DNA from: Malacoraja senta
Taxonomy: Eukaryota
Assembly (NCBI GenBank): GCA_038087875.1
Contig: CM075990.1
Span: 3,536,001-3,600,000, forward strand
Direction: 5' to 3'
Length of the DNA stretch: 64,000 nucleotides
Both the position numbers and the translations under genes were made by a program. Positions 36,891-49,064 of the stretch are shown here, one piece after another. Position 1 is the first letter of the stretch, and the number at the start of each line of letters is the position of its first letter. Below the pieces are notes generated by a model. It was not told where the DNA came from and ran no database searches. It worked only from the letters and a program-made list of their open reading frames with translations.

Positions 36891-38136
36891 TTAGACTAAG
36901 TGGGACCCGTTGGATCCCATGTTCACACGGGAGGGCTGGTCCCCCAACGCAATATTCCACCTCTCCACCAATTCCATTATTGGTGGCCAGTGGGGGGGGG
37001 GGGGGCTTTCTGGAGTGCTAGTATGGGTGTTGTGGGCTGAAGGGACTTGTTTCCAGAGGGCTAGTATGGACATTGTGGGTCAAATGGATTCTTGGGGTGG
37101 CAGCTCAGTCACTCAAGCCTGATGTGCTGGCAGCCCACTCATGGCTGGTGGGCTGGCAGTTGACTCACGGCTATTCCATTTCAAGCAGGGTGCAAGGCCA
37201 CCAAATTCAGGTACAGTTTCCTACCACTTCAAGCAGGGTGCAAGGCCACCGAATTCAAGTGCAGTTTCCTACCACTTCAAGCAGGGTGCAAGGCCACCGA
37301 ATTCAAGTGCAGTTTCCGACCACTTCAAGCAGGGTGCAAGGCCAGCGGATTCAAGTGCAGTTTCCTACCACTTCAAGCAAGGTGCAAGGCCACGAACTCA
37401 AGTGCAGTTTCCTACCACTTCAAGCAGGGTGCAAGGCCACCAAACTCAAGTGCAGTTTCATGCCACTTCAAGCAGGATGCAAGGCCACCGAACTCAAGTG
37501 CAGTTTAATGCCACTTCAAGAAGGGTGCAAGGCCACTGAATTCAAGTGCAGTTTCATGCCATTTCAAGCAGGGTGCAAGGCCACCGAATTCAAATGCAGT
37601 TTCGTGCCAGTTCATGCAGGGTGCAAGGCCACCACATTCAAATGCAGTTTCATGCCATTTCAAGCAGGGTGAAACCACCGTAAAACCACCATCCAACCAC
37701 CACCAACCATTTGCTGTGCTTTTATTTCAAACCAACCACATTTTCATTTTCAAAACACATTAAGGGCACTCAAGGTCAGTAAAACCACACTCACAGTTTA
37801 GTAGACATGTGTTCAGTGTTATTCACAGCTCAGACTGAGAGACGTGATCCTCTCGCTCCCCCATCTTGCAGAGACTAACTGAGGCACTCAACACTTCCGG
37901 GTTTTATAGTCCCTCCGGAAGAGGCGTGGCCTTCAGGAGAGAGAATCACAATATTTTTTAAACACTGATAACTCTTTTATTTTTCATCGATGGGAAAAAT
38001 CCTATTGTACTGCTCAGCGGAGGGGGACTCTGAGTAAGATGGCCAAAAATCACAGCCGTAAGTGGCAGCTTTTTTTTCTAAAATCAATATACAGAACAAC
38101 TGGAAGTGGTCAAGATCAGACTTTTAGTAATATAGA
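36891..38136 (-). mobile_element. Non-autonomous Helitron
   Basis: The minus strand starts A|TCTATATTACTAAAAG and ends ...GGGATCCAACGGGTCCCACTTAGTCTAA|T. Hairpin 36901-36919 lies 10 nt from the end. No TSD. Inserted in the (AAT)n tail of an L2-like element. Confidence 0.85.
37176..37670. repeat. 48-bp minisatellite, about 10 copies, inside the Helitron
   Basis: Unit CCACTTCAAGCAGGGTGCAAGGCCACCGAATTCAAGTGCAGTTTCCTA; period 48 (37176, 37224, ...), one unit of 47 bp. Confidence 0.97.
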
Positions 38137-38137
38137 T

Positions 38138-38300
38138 AATAAATTTATTTGTATAGCACATTTAAAAACAACTCACGTTGACCAAAGTGCTTCACATCAG
38201 TGCAGGTACTAATTTGATACATACAACGGTAGACAGACCCAACACCACATACATAAACCCTTTACAGTGCCCCATCAGAGGGGATTCAAAAACGCTAGGT
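38138..38300 (-). mobile_element. L2-clade LINE 3' tail (Helitron target)
   Basis: Reverse complement of GCACTTTGGTCAAC...GTGCTATACAAATAAA followed by (TTA)n, which continues at 36871-36890. Confidence 0.7.
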
Positions 38301-39009
38301 AACTCTCCAGAGATGCTGCCTGTTACTGAGTTACTCCAGTTTTTTGTGTCTATCATCGTCTTAAGCTAAATGTTTAACCATTAAACCTAATCCCAATGCA
38401 TGATGTGAGGGGGGCTGGTGGGCCGCAGGGCCTGTTTCCTCGATGTATCTCTAAACTAAACTAAACTAAATGAAACCACTAAACTAAACTAAACTGGGAG
38501 CACAAAGCACTCTAGTAACCTCGCTGCATTGTCGAGTAGTCAGTGATCATATCCATTTTCTTGCGTACACTTCAGGTATCACTATCCCACTGCGATGGTT
38601 GTAGGTATCTTACACAACTCTTTGCGTGTCTATGTAAGCGATAGGGCATTTTTATGTCAAAACCATGCCGGGCAAGTTACTCATCCATGCTCCCCAGCTG
38701 TCCTTGCTATCCAATTACTCCTGCATTGAGAAACAAGGATCTGAATAGGGGAAAAGAGGTAGGGAGAGCTGGCACTGTCTCAGCTCTTACATTACATTAA
38801 TAGAGCTGATATCCTACTTTCCTGACACGCAGCCAAACGATCTTTAATTTCCTTGAACTATTTCTAAATAAGTGGACCAAGTCATAAACACTGCCTGACT
38901 CTGTGAGGGGACGGCTACTTGCATGTTGGCCCAGAGCTAGCTTTCCATCAGAATTTGACATCGAGGTGGCACTGGAGTGTGCCCAGGCCAAAGTTGGGGC
39001 AAGCTTGAT

Positions 39010-39770
39010 TCTGAGCGTTTGGGCCTCTACTCGCTGGAGTTTGGAAGGAAGAGGAGAGGAACTCATTGAAACTTACCAAACAGGGAAAAGGCCTGGATAG
39101 AGTGGATGTGGAGAGGATGCTTCCACTAGTGGGAGAGTTTAGTTTAGTTTAGTTCAGCGATACAGCACGATAACAGGCCCTTCGGCCCACCGAGTCCGCA
39201 CCGACCAGCGATCCCCGCACACTAACACTAGTCTACACGCACTAGGGACAATTTACATTTGTACCAGGCCAATTAACCTACAAACCGGTACGTCTTTGGA
39301 GTGTGGGAAGAAACCGAAGATCTCGGAGAAAACGCACGCGGTCACGGGGAGAACGTACAAACTCCGTACCGACAGCACCCGTAGTCGGGATCGAACCCGG
39401 GGCTCCTGCGCTGCAAGTGCTGTAAGGCAGCAACTCTACCGCTGCGCCGCCGTGCCGCCCATTAGGACCTAGAGAGTCTAGGGCCAGAGGCCACAGCCTC
39501 AGAATCAAAGGATGTACCTTTAGAACAGAGATGAGGAGGAATTTCTTTAGCCAGAGGGCGGTGAATCTGTGGAATTCTTTGCCACAGAAGGCTGTGGAGG
39601 CCGTCAATTAATATTTTTAAGGAGGAGCTCGATAGGTTCTTGATTTGTTGGTGTTATGGGGAGAAGGCAGGAGAATTGGGCTGAGAAGGAAAGATAGATC
39701 AGCCATGATTGAATGGCAGAGTAGACACAATGGGCCGAATGGTCTCATTCTGCTCCTATGACATGAACTA
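39010..39770 (+). mobile_element. CR1 3' fragment interrupted by an antisense V-SINE (39137-39460)
   Basis: The CR1 sequence resumes after the SINE at about 39470. Confidence 0.85.
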
Positions 39771-40596
39771 ATCAACCTGTCTTTTCATCTCTGACCTTAA
39801 TCCAACCATCTGCCTACCTACCCCCCCCCACCCCTCCCCACCTGTATCAATCTATGACCTGCCAGATTTGTCCTACCCCTCCTCCCCTTTCTAGTTTTCT
39901 CCCCCCACCCCGCTCCCCACAATCAGTATGAAGAAGGGTCCTGTCCTGAAACGTCACTATCCATGCTCTCCAGAAATGCTGCCTGACCCTCTGTGTTACT
40001 CCAGCACTTTGTGTATTTTTGTTTTGCAAGCCAGCATCTGCAGTTCCTTGATCCTATCTTGTGGGTCTACCTGGACCCTAACAGGGCAGGGTTAATGAAC
40101 GGACGTCACAGCTGACCATGGCTGATGCTGACTGGCCCTCGTGAAGGGGTGTAGGAAGGAACTGCAGTTGCTGGTTTACCCCGAAGATAGGCCCAAAATG
40201 CTGGAGTAACTCAGCGGGGCAGGCAGAAGGGTCTCGACCCGAAGGGTTTGGGGGAAGGCAATCTGCCTTTGTAGCACGGAATTTGAAAACCTGTCAGGCG
40301 CTTCTCGATTGAATTGCAAAAATTATTTGATTGGGAAGGCTACCTTTTCGTTACCTTCCACTGTCCCAGTTCAGATTTCAAAGCAAAGAGTGGGTATAAT
40401 TGCAACTCATATTGAGGTTACTTGGGTGAATCGTCACAGCTAATGAGCCAAGGCTAGTGGAACACTGCGTGAATATCCAATTTCACATATGAACTTTACA
40501 TCATCCTCACTTGGTCTAAACTAAGAGTAATTCTTCACCAACGCCTCCAGATATTTATTATTTCCAAACAACAAGTCTGTACGTTGAAGTGTGCAG

Positions 40597-41061
40597 GAAG
40601 GCTCTCCACTGGCTCCCTGTGCGGTTCCGTATAAACTTCAAGATCCTCCTCTATGTCTACAAAGCCCTCAATGGGCTTGCCCCCACCTACATAAAAAGTC
40701 TTCTCACCCACCACTCCACCTCCAGGCCCCTCAGATCGGCCGACTTGGGGTTGCTGAATATCCCACGGTCTAGGCATAAGCTCAGGGGCGACCGCGCCTT
40801 TGTGGCTGCAGCTCCTAGACTGTGGAACAGCATCCCCTTTCCCATCAGAACTGCCCCCTCCATCGACTCCTTTAAGTCAAGACTAAAGACTTATCTATAC
40901 TCCCAAGCCTTTCCTGACGTCCTCTGAGTGAGGGCTACATGTATATATGTATGTAGTTTGTTTTGTTTATGCTATTCTTATAACAAATGTAAAGCACTTT
41001 GGCCAACGGGAGTTGTTTTTTAAATGTGCTATATAAATAAATGTGACTTGACTTGACTTGA
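40597..41061 (+). mobile_element. L2-clade LINE 3' end
   Basis: LHWLPVRFRINFKILL.VYKALNGLAP.YI...LRS...GDRAF..AAPRLWNS.P...FKSRLKT.L; (GACTT)n tail. Confidence 0.92.
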
Positions 41062-41330
41062 AGGAACTGCAGAAGCAGGTTTAACCCGAAGATAGACACA
41101 AAATGCTGGAGTAACTCAGCGGGACAGGCAGCATCTCTGGAGAGAAGGAATGGGTGAGGTTTCGGTTCGAGACCCTTCTTCAGACTGATGTCAGGGAAGT
41201 GGGCGGGACAGAGATAGAATATAGTCGGAGTGCCCTTCTTCAGATTCTGACCCAAAACGTCACCCATTCCTTCTCACCAGAGATGCTGCCTGTCCCGTTG
41301 AGTTACTCCAGCATTTTGTGTCTGTACGTT
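41060..41330. mobile_element. Inverted pair of Penelope terminal modules
   Basis: Minus module 41060-41230 and plus partial module 41250-41325. Confidence 0.8.
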
Positions 41331-42309
41331 GAAGTTCTCTCATTTAAGAAAGTCTTGTTTCCCTTTCGTGTTTTATTCCCCCAATAAGTTGGATGCACGT
41401 TTTTACCCCACACTTCACGATCTATCCAAGGGGTGGCCGTCCATTGGTTAGAGAGTCACCCGGAGATAACACGAGAGGGCAGAGAAGATTTACGAGGATG
41501 TTGCCAGGACTCGAGGGCCTGAGCTACAGGGAGAGGTTGGGCAGGCTAGGACTTCATTTCTTGGAGCGCAGGGTATGAAGGGTGACCTTGTAGTGGTGTA
41601 CAAGATTATGAGAGGAATAGATCGGTTAAACACTTAGTCTTTTACCCAGAGTAGGAGAATCGAGAACCAGTTTTTTAGTTTAGTTTAGTTTAGTTTAGTT
41701 TAGAGAAACAGCGCGGAAACAGGCCCTTCGGCCCACCAAGTCCGCACCGTCCAGCGACCCCGCACGCTTACACTACCCTACACACACTAGGGACAATTTG
41801 CATTTTTACCAAGCCATTTAAACAATAAACCTGTGGAGTGTGGGAGTGTGGGAGGAAACCGAAGATCTCGGAGTAAAACCCACACGGACACAGGGAGAAC
41901 GTACAAACTCCGGACAGACAGCACCCGTAGTCAGGATCAAACCTGGGTCTCTGCCGCTGCGCCACCGTGTCGCCCAAGATCTTGATGGAAGAAACTGCAG
42001 ATGCTGGTTTATACCGAAGATAGACACAAAATGCTGGAGTACCTCAGCAGGTCAGGCAGCATCTCTAGATTGGATTATCTAGACTTATCAGTGTGTTTTA
42101 TGTTAGAGAACTTGTCAGCACCTTTATGGCTACAAGTTGTTCCAAACCTGTTCTATCATTCAAATGATGGTAAATTGATCCACATGTGTAGTAGAGAACT
42201 GCAAATGCTGACTTACACTGAAGATAGACACAAAAAATTCTGGAGTAACTCAGCATCTCAGGAGAGAAGGGATGGATGATGTTTGGGGTCAAGACCCTCC
42301 TTCAGTCTT

Positions 42310-42848
42310 TCCCTCTTCACCCCATTCTCCCCATAACCACTGACACTCGCACTAATCAAAAATCTATCTATCTCTGGCTTAAAAATATCAATTGACTTGG
42401 CTTCCACAGCCATCTGTGGCAATAAATTCCACAGATTCACCACCCTCTGATTAAATAAATTCCTCCTCATCTCCTTCCTAATGGAGCATCCTTTAATTCT
42501 GAGGCTGTGACCTCGGGTCCTAGACTCTCCCACTAGTGGAAACATTCTCTCCACATTCACTCTATCCAGGCCTTTCGCTATTTGGTAAGTTTCAATGACG
42601 TCCCCCCTCATTCTTCGAAACTCCAGCGACCAGAAGCCCAGAGCCGTCAAACGCTCATCGTACGTTAACGCACGCGTTCCTGGGATCATTCTAGTAAACC
42701 TCATCTGGACCCTCTCCAGTGCCAGTACATCCTTCCTCAGATATGGGGCTCAAAATTGCTCACAATACTCCAAGTGCCATTTGGCCAGAGCCTTATAGAG
42801 CCTCAGCATTACATCCCTGTTTTTGTATTCTAGTCCTCTTGAAATAAA
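42310..42848 (-). mobile_element. CR1 LINE 3' fragment
   Basis: RFTRMIPG...SLEFRRMRGD...RTRGHSL...NLWN. Confidence 0.9.
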
Positions 42849-43790
42849 CAAAATAAAAACTCTCTGGTGAAGAGGTAGACAGAGAGAAAGAAAGCTTTGT
42901 CCTACCCCTTCCCTTTGCCAGCTTCCCTCCCCCCCCCCCCACCTCTACAATCAGTCTGAAGAAGGGTCCCAACCCAAAACGTCACCCATTACTTCTCTCC
43001 AGAGATACTGCCTGACCCGCTGAGTTACTCCAGTATTTTGTGTCTGTCTCCGAGTTAACCCAGTGTCTGCAGTTCCTTCCTACACATGTTCTCCGGAGAT
43101 ACTGCCTGACCCGCTGAGTTACACCGGCATTTTGCGCCTTTTTTTCCCCGAAGCCACCTCAGTAATTCGCAGTCATTCCCGCCATTAAACGATAATGGCA
43201 TTCTACCGAGATGCTATTGAACTGGTTAAGATCTGAAGTTAATAGATAAATTCCTTGGTGCATTTACTATGACTGGATTATGCATCATTCTCAGTAACTG
43301 TGCCAAGGAACGGAGGGGAATATAAATATCAGACTCCCGTTCATTACCGAGATGGGGCTGAGACACATTAAATAGCTTTAAGTAGCTAACTACTGACATA
43401 GAGACATTTAGATTGGAAGACATTTATGCAATGGTGCGCTGCGTTTTCAAGCAAAACACTGCATCAATCCCTCGGCACCAATCTACGCTGAAGATATCTG
43501 CCCCCAGGATCCTAGCGACGTGGCTAGGGACAGTCTGACAGGGAGTGAAGGCATTAGAATTATTCTGTGTGGGAGGGAAAGGCTATGTTCCATTTGTAGA
43601 TCAGAACCTAGTTATTAAGCACACAATCAGACACTTTTTTAAAACAGATGAATATCACACCACAACAGGATATAAATAATTGGTCGGAGGAGTGAAGTGT
43701 TTTTTTTTTATTTGAAGGAAAAGCAATCATCTTACATGAGAACAGCTTATCTACAAAATGTACTGTAGGGTAATGGTCTGAATAACTCAC

Positions 43791-43847
43791 CGAGACCAAC
43801 ATCCTTGCAGCCAGCCATTCGCACAGGCTAAGGAATTGAGGGATGGC
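43791..43847 (-). other. Candidate spliced exon (57 nt), gene unknown
   Basis: Acceptor CATTAATTGTGTTGCTTTTCCTATTCACCCTACAAACAG and consensus donor G|GTGAGT, in non-repeat DNA. Confidence 0.3.
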
Positions 43848-44004
43848 CTGTTTGTAGGGTGAATAGGAAAAGCAACACAATTAATGTTGAATCGGTCTGA
43901 AGAAGGGTCTCGACCCGCAACGTCACCCATTCCTTCTCTCCAGAGATGCTGCCTGTCCCGCTGAGTTACTCCAGCATTTTGCATCTACCTTCAATTTAAT
44001 CCAG

Positions 44005-44826
44005 CTTAGAAATATAGAAACAGAGAAACATAGAAAATAGCTGCAGAAGGAGTCCATTCGGCCCTTCGAGCCAGCACCACCATTCATTGTGATCATGGCT
44101 GATCGTCCACTATCAATAACCCGTGCCTGCCTTCTCCCCATATCCCTTGACTCCACTAGCCCCTAGAGCTCTATCTAACTCTCTCTTAAATCCATCCAGT
44201 GATTTGGCCTCCACTGCCCTCTGTGGCAGGGAATTCCACAAATTCACAACTCTCTGGGTGAAAACGTTTTTTTCTCACCTTAGTCTTAAATGACCTCCCC
44301 TTTATTCTAAGACTGTGGCCCCTGGTTCTGGACTCGCCCAACATTGGGAACATTTTTCCTGCGTCTAGCTTGTCCAGTCCTTTTATAATGTTATATGTCT
44401 CTATAAGATCCCCCCTCATCCTTCTAAACTCCAGTGAACTGGCTTCTGCAGTTCCTTCCTACACAATTAATGTTGAATATGTTAAATTGCAGGCAACATG
44501 TTCCCAATGTTGGGGGAGTCCAGAACCAGGGGCCACTGTTTAAGAATAAGGGGTAAGCCATTTAGAACGGAGATGAGGAAACACTTTTTCACACAAAGAG
44601 TTGTGAGTCTGTGGAATTCTCTGCCTCAGAGGGCGGCAGAGGCCGGTTCTTTGGATACTTTCAAGTGAGAGCTAGATAGGGCTCTTAAAAATAGCGGAGT
44701 CAGGGGATATGGGGAGAAGGCAGGAACGGGGTACTGATTGGGGATGATCAGCCATGATCACATTGAATGGCGGTGCTGGATAGAAGGGCAGAATGGCCTA
44801 CTCCTGCACCTGTTGTCTATTGTCTA
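44005..44826. mobile_element. Two divergently oriented CR1 3' fragments (minus 44005-44438, plus 44488-44826)
   Basis: CR1 C-terminal motifs on opposite strands. Confidence 0.88.
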
Positions 44827-45334
44827 TATGGACGCAAAATGCTGGAGTAACTCAGCGGGACGGGCAGCATCTCTGGAGAGAAAGAATGGGTAGGAAGGAA
44901 CTGCAGATGGTGGTTTACACCGAAGATAGACACAAAATGTTGGGTTCCTGCCAGCATCTGCCTGACCCACTGAGTTACTCCAGGACTTTGTGTTCCACGC
45001 CTGACTCCAGCACCTCCAGTCAGCGAAAAGACTACACGTGATTATAATGGAGCAGCATGCCCACTGTGTACAGATACAGGATAAAGGGAATAAGGGAATG
45101 GAGCAGTTATAATGAATGATTGCAGACCTGCCTCTGGCACCAGCATGCAGAGAGGGTCCTGGCTCGGCCGCCATCTTGGGTCAGGTGCAAACGCACGTGG
45201 ATAGGACAAAGATCATCCCTTTTGCACAATCCTGCTCTCATCACTTATTCTTATTTCTTCTCAATCGTTTCACATGTCATAGATAGAGTCAGTCATTACA
45301 GCATGGAAACAGGCCCTTCGGCCCACCATGGATG

Positions 45335-45545
45335 GACACGAAATGCTGCAGTGTCTCAGCGGGACAGGCAGCATCTTTGGATAGAAGGAATGGGTGACGT
45401 TTCGGGTCGAGAGCCTTCTTCAGACTGGTTCCTTCAGTCACCCATTCCTTCTATCCAGAGATGCTGTCTGTCCCGCTGAGTTATGCCACCATTTTGTGTC
45501 GTCTGCCTTCGGTGTAATCTAGCATCTGCAGTTCCTTCCTACACC
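45335..45545. mobile_element. Inverted pair of Penelope terminal modules
   Basis: Minus core at about 45397-45423 followed by a plus tail ending GCATCTGCAGTTCCTTCCTACAC. Confidence 0.8.
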
Positions 45546-47173
45546 TTCGGCCCACTGAGTCCCTGCTGGCCATCGATCACCCGTTCACATGGGTGGCTTC
45601 TATGTCAACCCACTTTCTCACCCACTCCCTACACACTAGGGCCAATTTACAGAGGGCCAATTAACCTACAAACCCGCATGTCTTTGGGACATGGGAGGAA
45701 ACCAGTGCACCCAGAGGAAACCGAACAATTCATAAGTTCATATGTTCATACGTAAAAGTAGCAGAATTAGGTCATTCAGGCCTATTCTGCCATTCAATCA
45801 TGGCTGATCTATCTCTCCCTCTTAACCCCATTCTCCTGCCTTCTCCCCATAACCCCTGACACCCGTACTAATCAAGAACCTTATCTATCTCTACCTTAAA
45901 AATATCCACTAACTTGGCCTCCACAGCCTTCTGTGGCAATGGTTTCCACAGATTCACCACCCTCCGACCAAAGATCGGAGGCAGCCACAGGAAGAATGTA
46001 CAAACCCCCTGAAGGCAGCAACTGGGGTCTGGATGGAGCCCGGGTCTCTGGCACTGTGAGGCAGCTGCACTACCCGCTGCGCCACTGTGACTCTCCTCAG
46101 TCACTTTACGTCTCGTGCCTGTGGTGGTGATTGCCGTTTGCATAGCCAGGCCCGGCAACAACAGTGACATTCAACAGTGAGGGCAGCTCAAAGATATTCT
46201 CTATCAAACCCAAATTGTGGGTCTATTTGACCATGAATTAAAATGTTTAGGTCTAGTGGGGTAGCAGACCTCACGGCACCAGAGAACCGGACTTCGATCC
46301 TGACCTCAGGTGCTGTCCGGTGGAATTTGCATGTTCTCCCTGTGACCGCGTGGGTTTCCTCCGGGTGCTCCGGTTTTCTCCCACACTCCAAAGACGTGCG
46401 GGTTTGTAGGTTAACTGGACTCTGTAACATGTATGGACTGGATGGGAAAGTGGGATAACATAGAACTAGTGTGAATGGGTGATCAATGGTCGGCATGGAC
46501 TCGATGGGCCGAAGGGCCTGTTTCCATGCTGCATCTCTAAGCTAAACCATATGGAAATTGAGCTGTTTTTACAAAGAACTGACCGATGATCACCCTCTGC
46601 TGTTTGATTTTATGTATGCTAGTGAAAATATTTATCATATTACCTGTGCATATATTTGTGAATAACATACAATATATAATCTTTTATCTGTACTTGATAT
46701 GATCGAGAAAAATGGATTATTATTATTATAAATGTCACCTACATCATCTTATAACACTATGATTATATCCCACACTTGGTTGCTTTAAGGTATTACATTT
46801 AAATTAAACTATCACATTTAAATTTAAACTATTAAATTGTCGTTAACCAAATTCCTGTGACCTCGTGGGTTTCCTCCAGGTTCTCTGGTTTTCCTCCCAC
46901 TTCCCAAAGACGTGCAGGTTTGTAGGTTAACTGGCCTCTGTAAAGTGTTCCTAGTGTGTATGGGGTGGATGAGAAAGTGGGATAACAGAGAACTAGTGTG
47001 AACGGGGTGATCGATGGTCGGCGTGGACTCAGTGGGCCGAAGGGCCTGTTTCCATACTGTATCTCTGAACTAAACCAAACTAAGGTAAACTAAAGGGGAC
47101 TCGGTGGGCTGAAAACCTGTGCTAAATTAAACTAAACTGAAATGAAAGATCAGTCAAGAGGTTGAGTCCTTAC

Positions 47174-47229
47174 TTGCAGGAGTAGTTTTAAATGATTAAA
47201 CAAATGCTGAATTCAGGCTCCGGTCACCC
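47174..47229 (-). other. Candidate non-coding exon (56 nt)
   Basis: Acceptor CTTCATTTGCCCCCTGCATTGCAG and donor CAA|GTAAGG. Stops in all three frames. Confidence 0.2.
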
Positions 47230-47583
47230 CTGCAATGCAGGGGGCAAATGAAGCTTGCTCCTTATCGCTTTAAAAAACATTTTGTAAGCACTCCCCATGT
47301 GCGGAGGGGAGGATGTGTCCTGGTGCGTAGCAACCTCCCCAAGAACAAAGTGCTTGATGCTTGTGGGTGGTCCTCACAGTGCTCAGGAATGCATCGCAAA
47401 TTAATCTCAGTAGTGCCAATATCCACCCCTGCCATACATCTCCACATTGTCCCTATTGAGCCAACAATAGTTAACGCCAGGCAATGCCCTGGTCTTTCAT
47501 CCACCTCACCCTCCTCCCACCCCCCCCCCCCACCCCCCCACCCTTACTTTCAGTCCAGAAGAAGGGTCCCATCCCAAAATGTC

Positions 47584-47783
47584 NNNNNNNNNNNNNNNNN
47601 NNNNNNNNNNNNNNNNNNNNNNNNNNNNNNNNNNNNNNNNNNNNNNNNNNNNNNNNNNNNNNNNNNNNNNNNNNNNNNNNNNNNNNNNNNNNNNNNNNNN
47701 NNNNNNNNNNNNNNNNNNNNNNNNNNNNNNNNNNNNNNNNNNNNNNNNNNNNNNNNNNNNNNNNNNNNNNNNNNNNNNNNNNN
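47584..47783. other. Assembly gap (200 N) with duplicated flanks
   Basis: 47491-47583 is repeated at 47784-47868, differing only in the C-run. Confidence 0.97.
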
Positions 47784-49064
47784 GGTCTTTCATCCACCTC
47801 ACCCTCCTCCCACCCCCCCCCCCCACCCTTACTTTCAGTCCAGAAGAAGGGTCCCATCCCAAAATGTCACCCATCCTTTCTCTCCAGAGACGCTGCCTGA
47901 ACCGCTGAGTTACTCCAGCATTTTGTGTTCTTTCCAGCCTCCAATCTTTCCCTGACTCAGCACAAACATCAGCTTTGACCTTTGAAATGCAGGCAAAGGG
48001 AAAATATACGATCCTCACCAGCACTGATGTACAGAGCGATCTTGGGGTCCAAGTGCATAGCTCCCTGAAAGTGGCAACACATGTAGATAAAGTGGTAAAG
48101 AAAGCATATGGTATGCTTGCCTTTACAGAACGCCACAGGAGCGCGGAACGCCACAGGAGATCCTTTTTCCCTGTGGCTATTAAACTGTACAACTCCTCCT
48201 ATCTTCTGCCTTTGGGTAGACTTTGGGAGGATACCGAAGATCTCGGGAAAACCCACGCAGGTCACGGGGAGAACGTTCAAACTCCGTACAGACAGTACCC
48301 GTAGTTGGGATCGAACCCGGGTCTCCGGCGCTGCATTCGCTGTAAGGCAGCAACTCTACCGCTGCGCCACCATGAACGCCCGAGGTGTCATGTATCTTGT
48401 TGTGTGTTATGACTGTTGGCAGACCAATCTCCCTCCTGGGATGAATAAAGTTTCATCGTATCTTTTCGTACCGTATCATTTTGGTCGAGGAATTGAGCAT
48501 AATAGTCAGGATGTCATGATGCAGCTTTATATGACAGTGGATCAGTCACAAATGGAATATTGTGTGCAGTTCTGGTTGCCTCATTACAAGAAGGACATAA
48601 AGGCTTTGGAAAGGATGCAGAGGAGGTTTACTAGAATGATGCCTGGATTAGTGGGGTATTAGCTTCAGTGCGGGGTTGGACGGACCTGGATCGTTTTACC
48701 TGGAACGAATGGCAGAAGTTGTGGAAAGACCTGATGGAAGAGCTGATAAAATCATCGATAAAGTAGACATTCGGAACCTTTGTCCCAGCATGGAAAATTC
48801 AAATACAAGATGGAGTAGCTTGGAGGTGAAGGGGACAAAGTTTAAAGGAGATTTGCGGGGCAACTTTTTGCATAGAAGGTAGTGAGTGCCTGGAGTAGTG
48901 CCGGGGGTAGTGGTTAATACTGAAACGAGAGTGGCATTTAACAGGGGTTTTTATAGGCGCATAGATATGCAGGAATGGAGATGTGTTGGTCTTGGCATTA
49001 TGCTTAGTACTGATATTGTGGGCCGAACTGTTCTATGTTGTATGTTGAATATACAATGTTCTAT

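Noticed and set aside
37073..37672. 199-aa repetitive ORF; array superficially CRISPR-like
   Set aside because: It is a 48-bp tandem minisatellite with no unique spacers and no cas genes, in eukaryotic DNA inside a Helitron.
47248..48192. ORFs spanning the N run and an apparent ~90-bp direct repeat
   Set aside because: The ORFs read through a gap, and the repeat is most likely an unmerged contig overlap.
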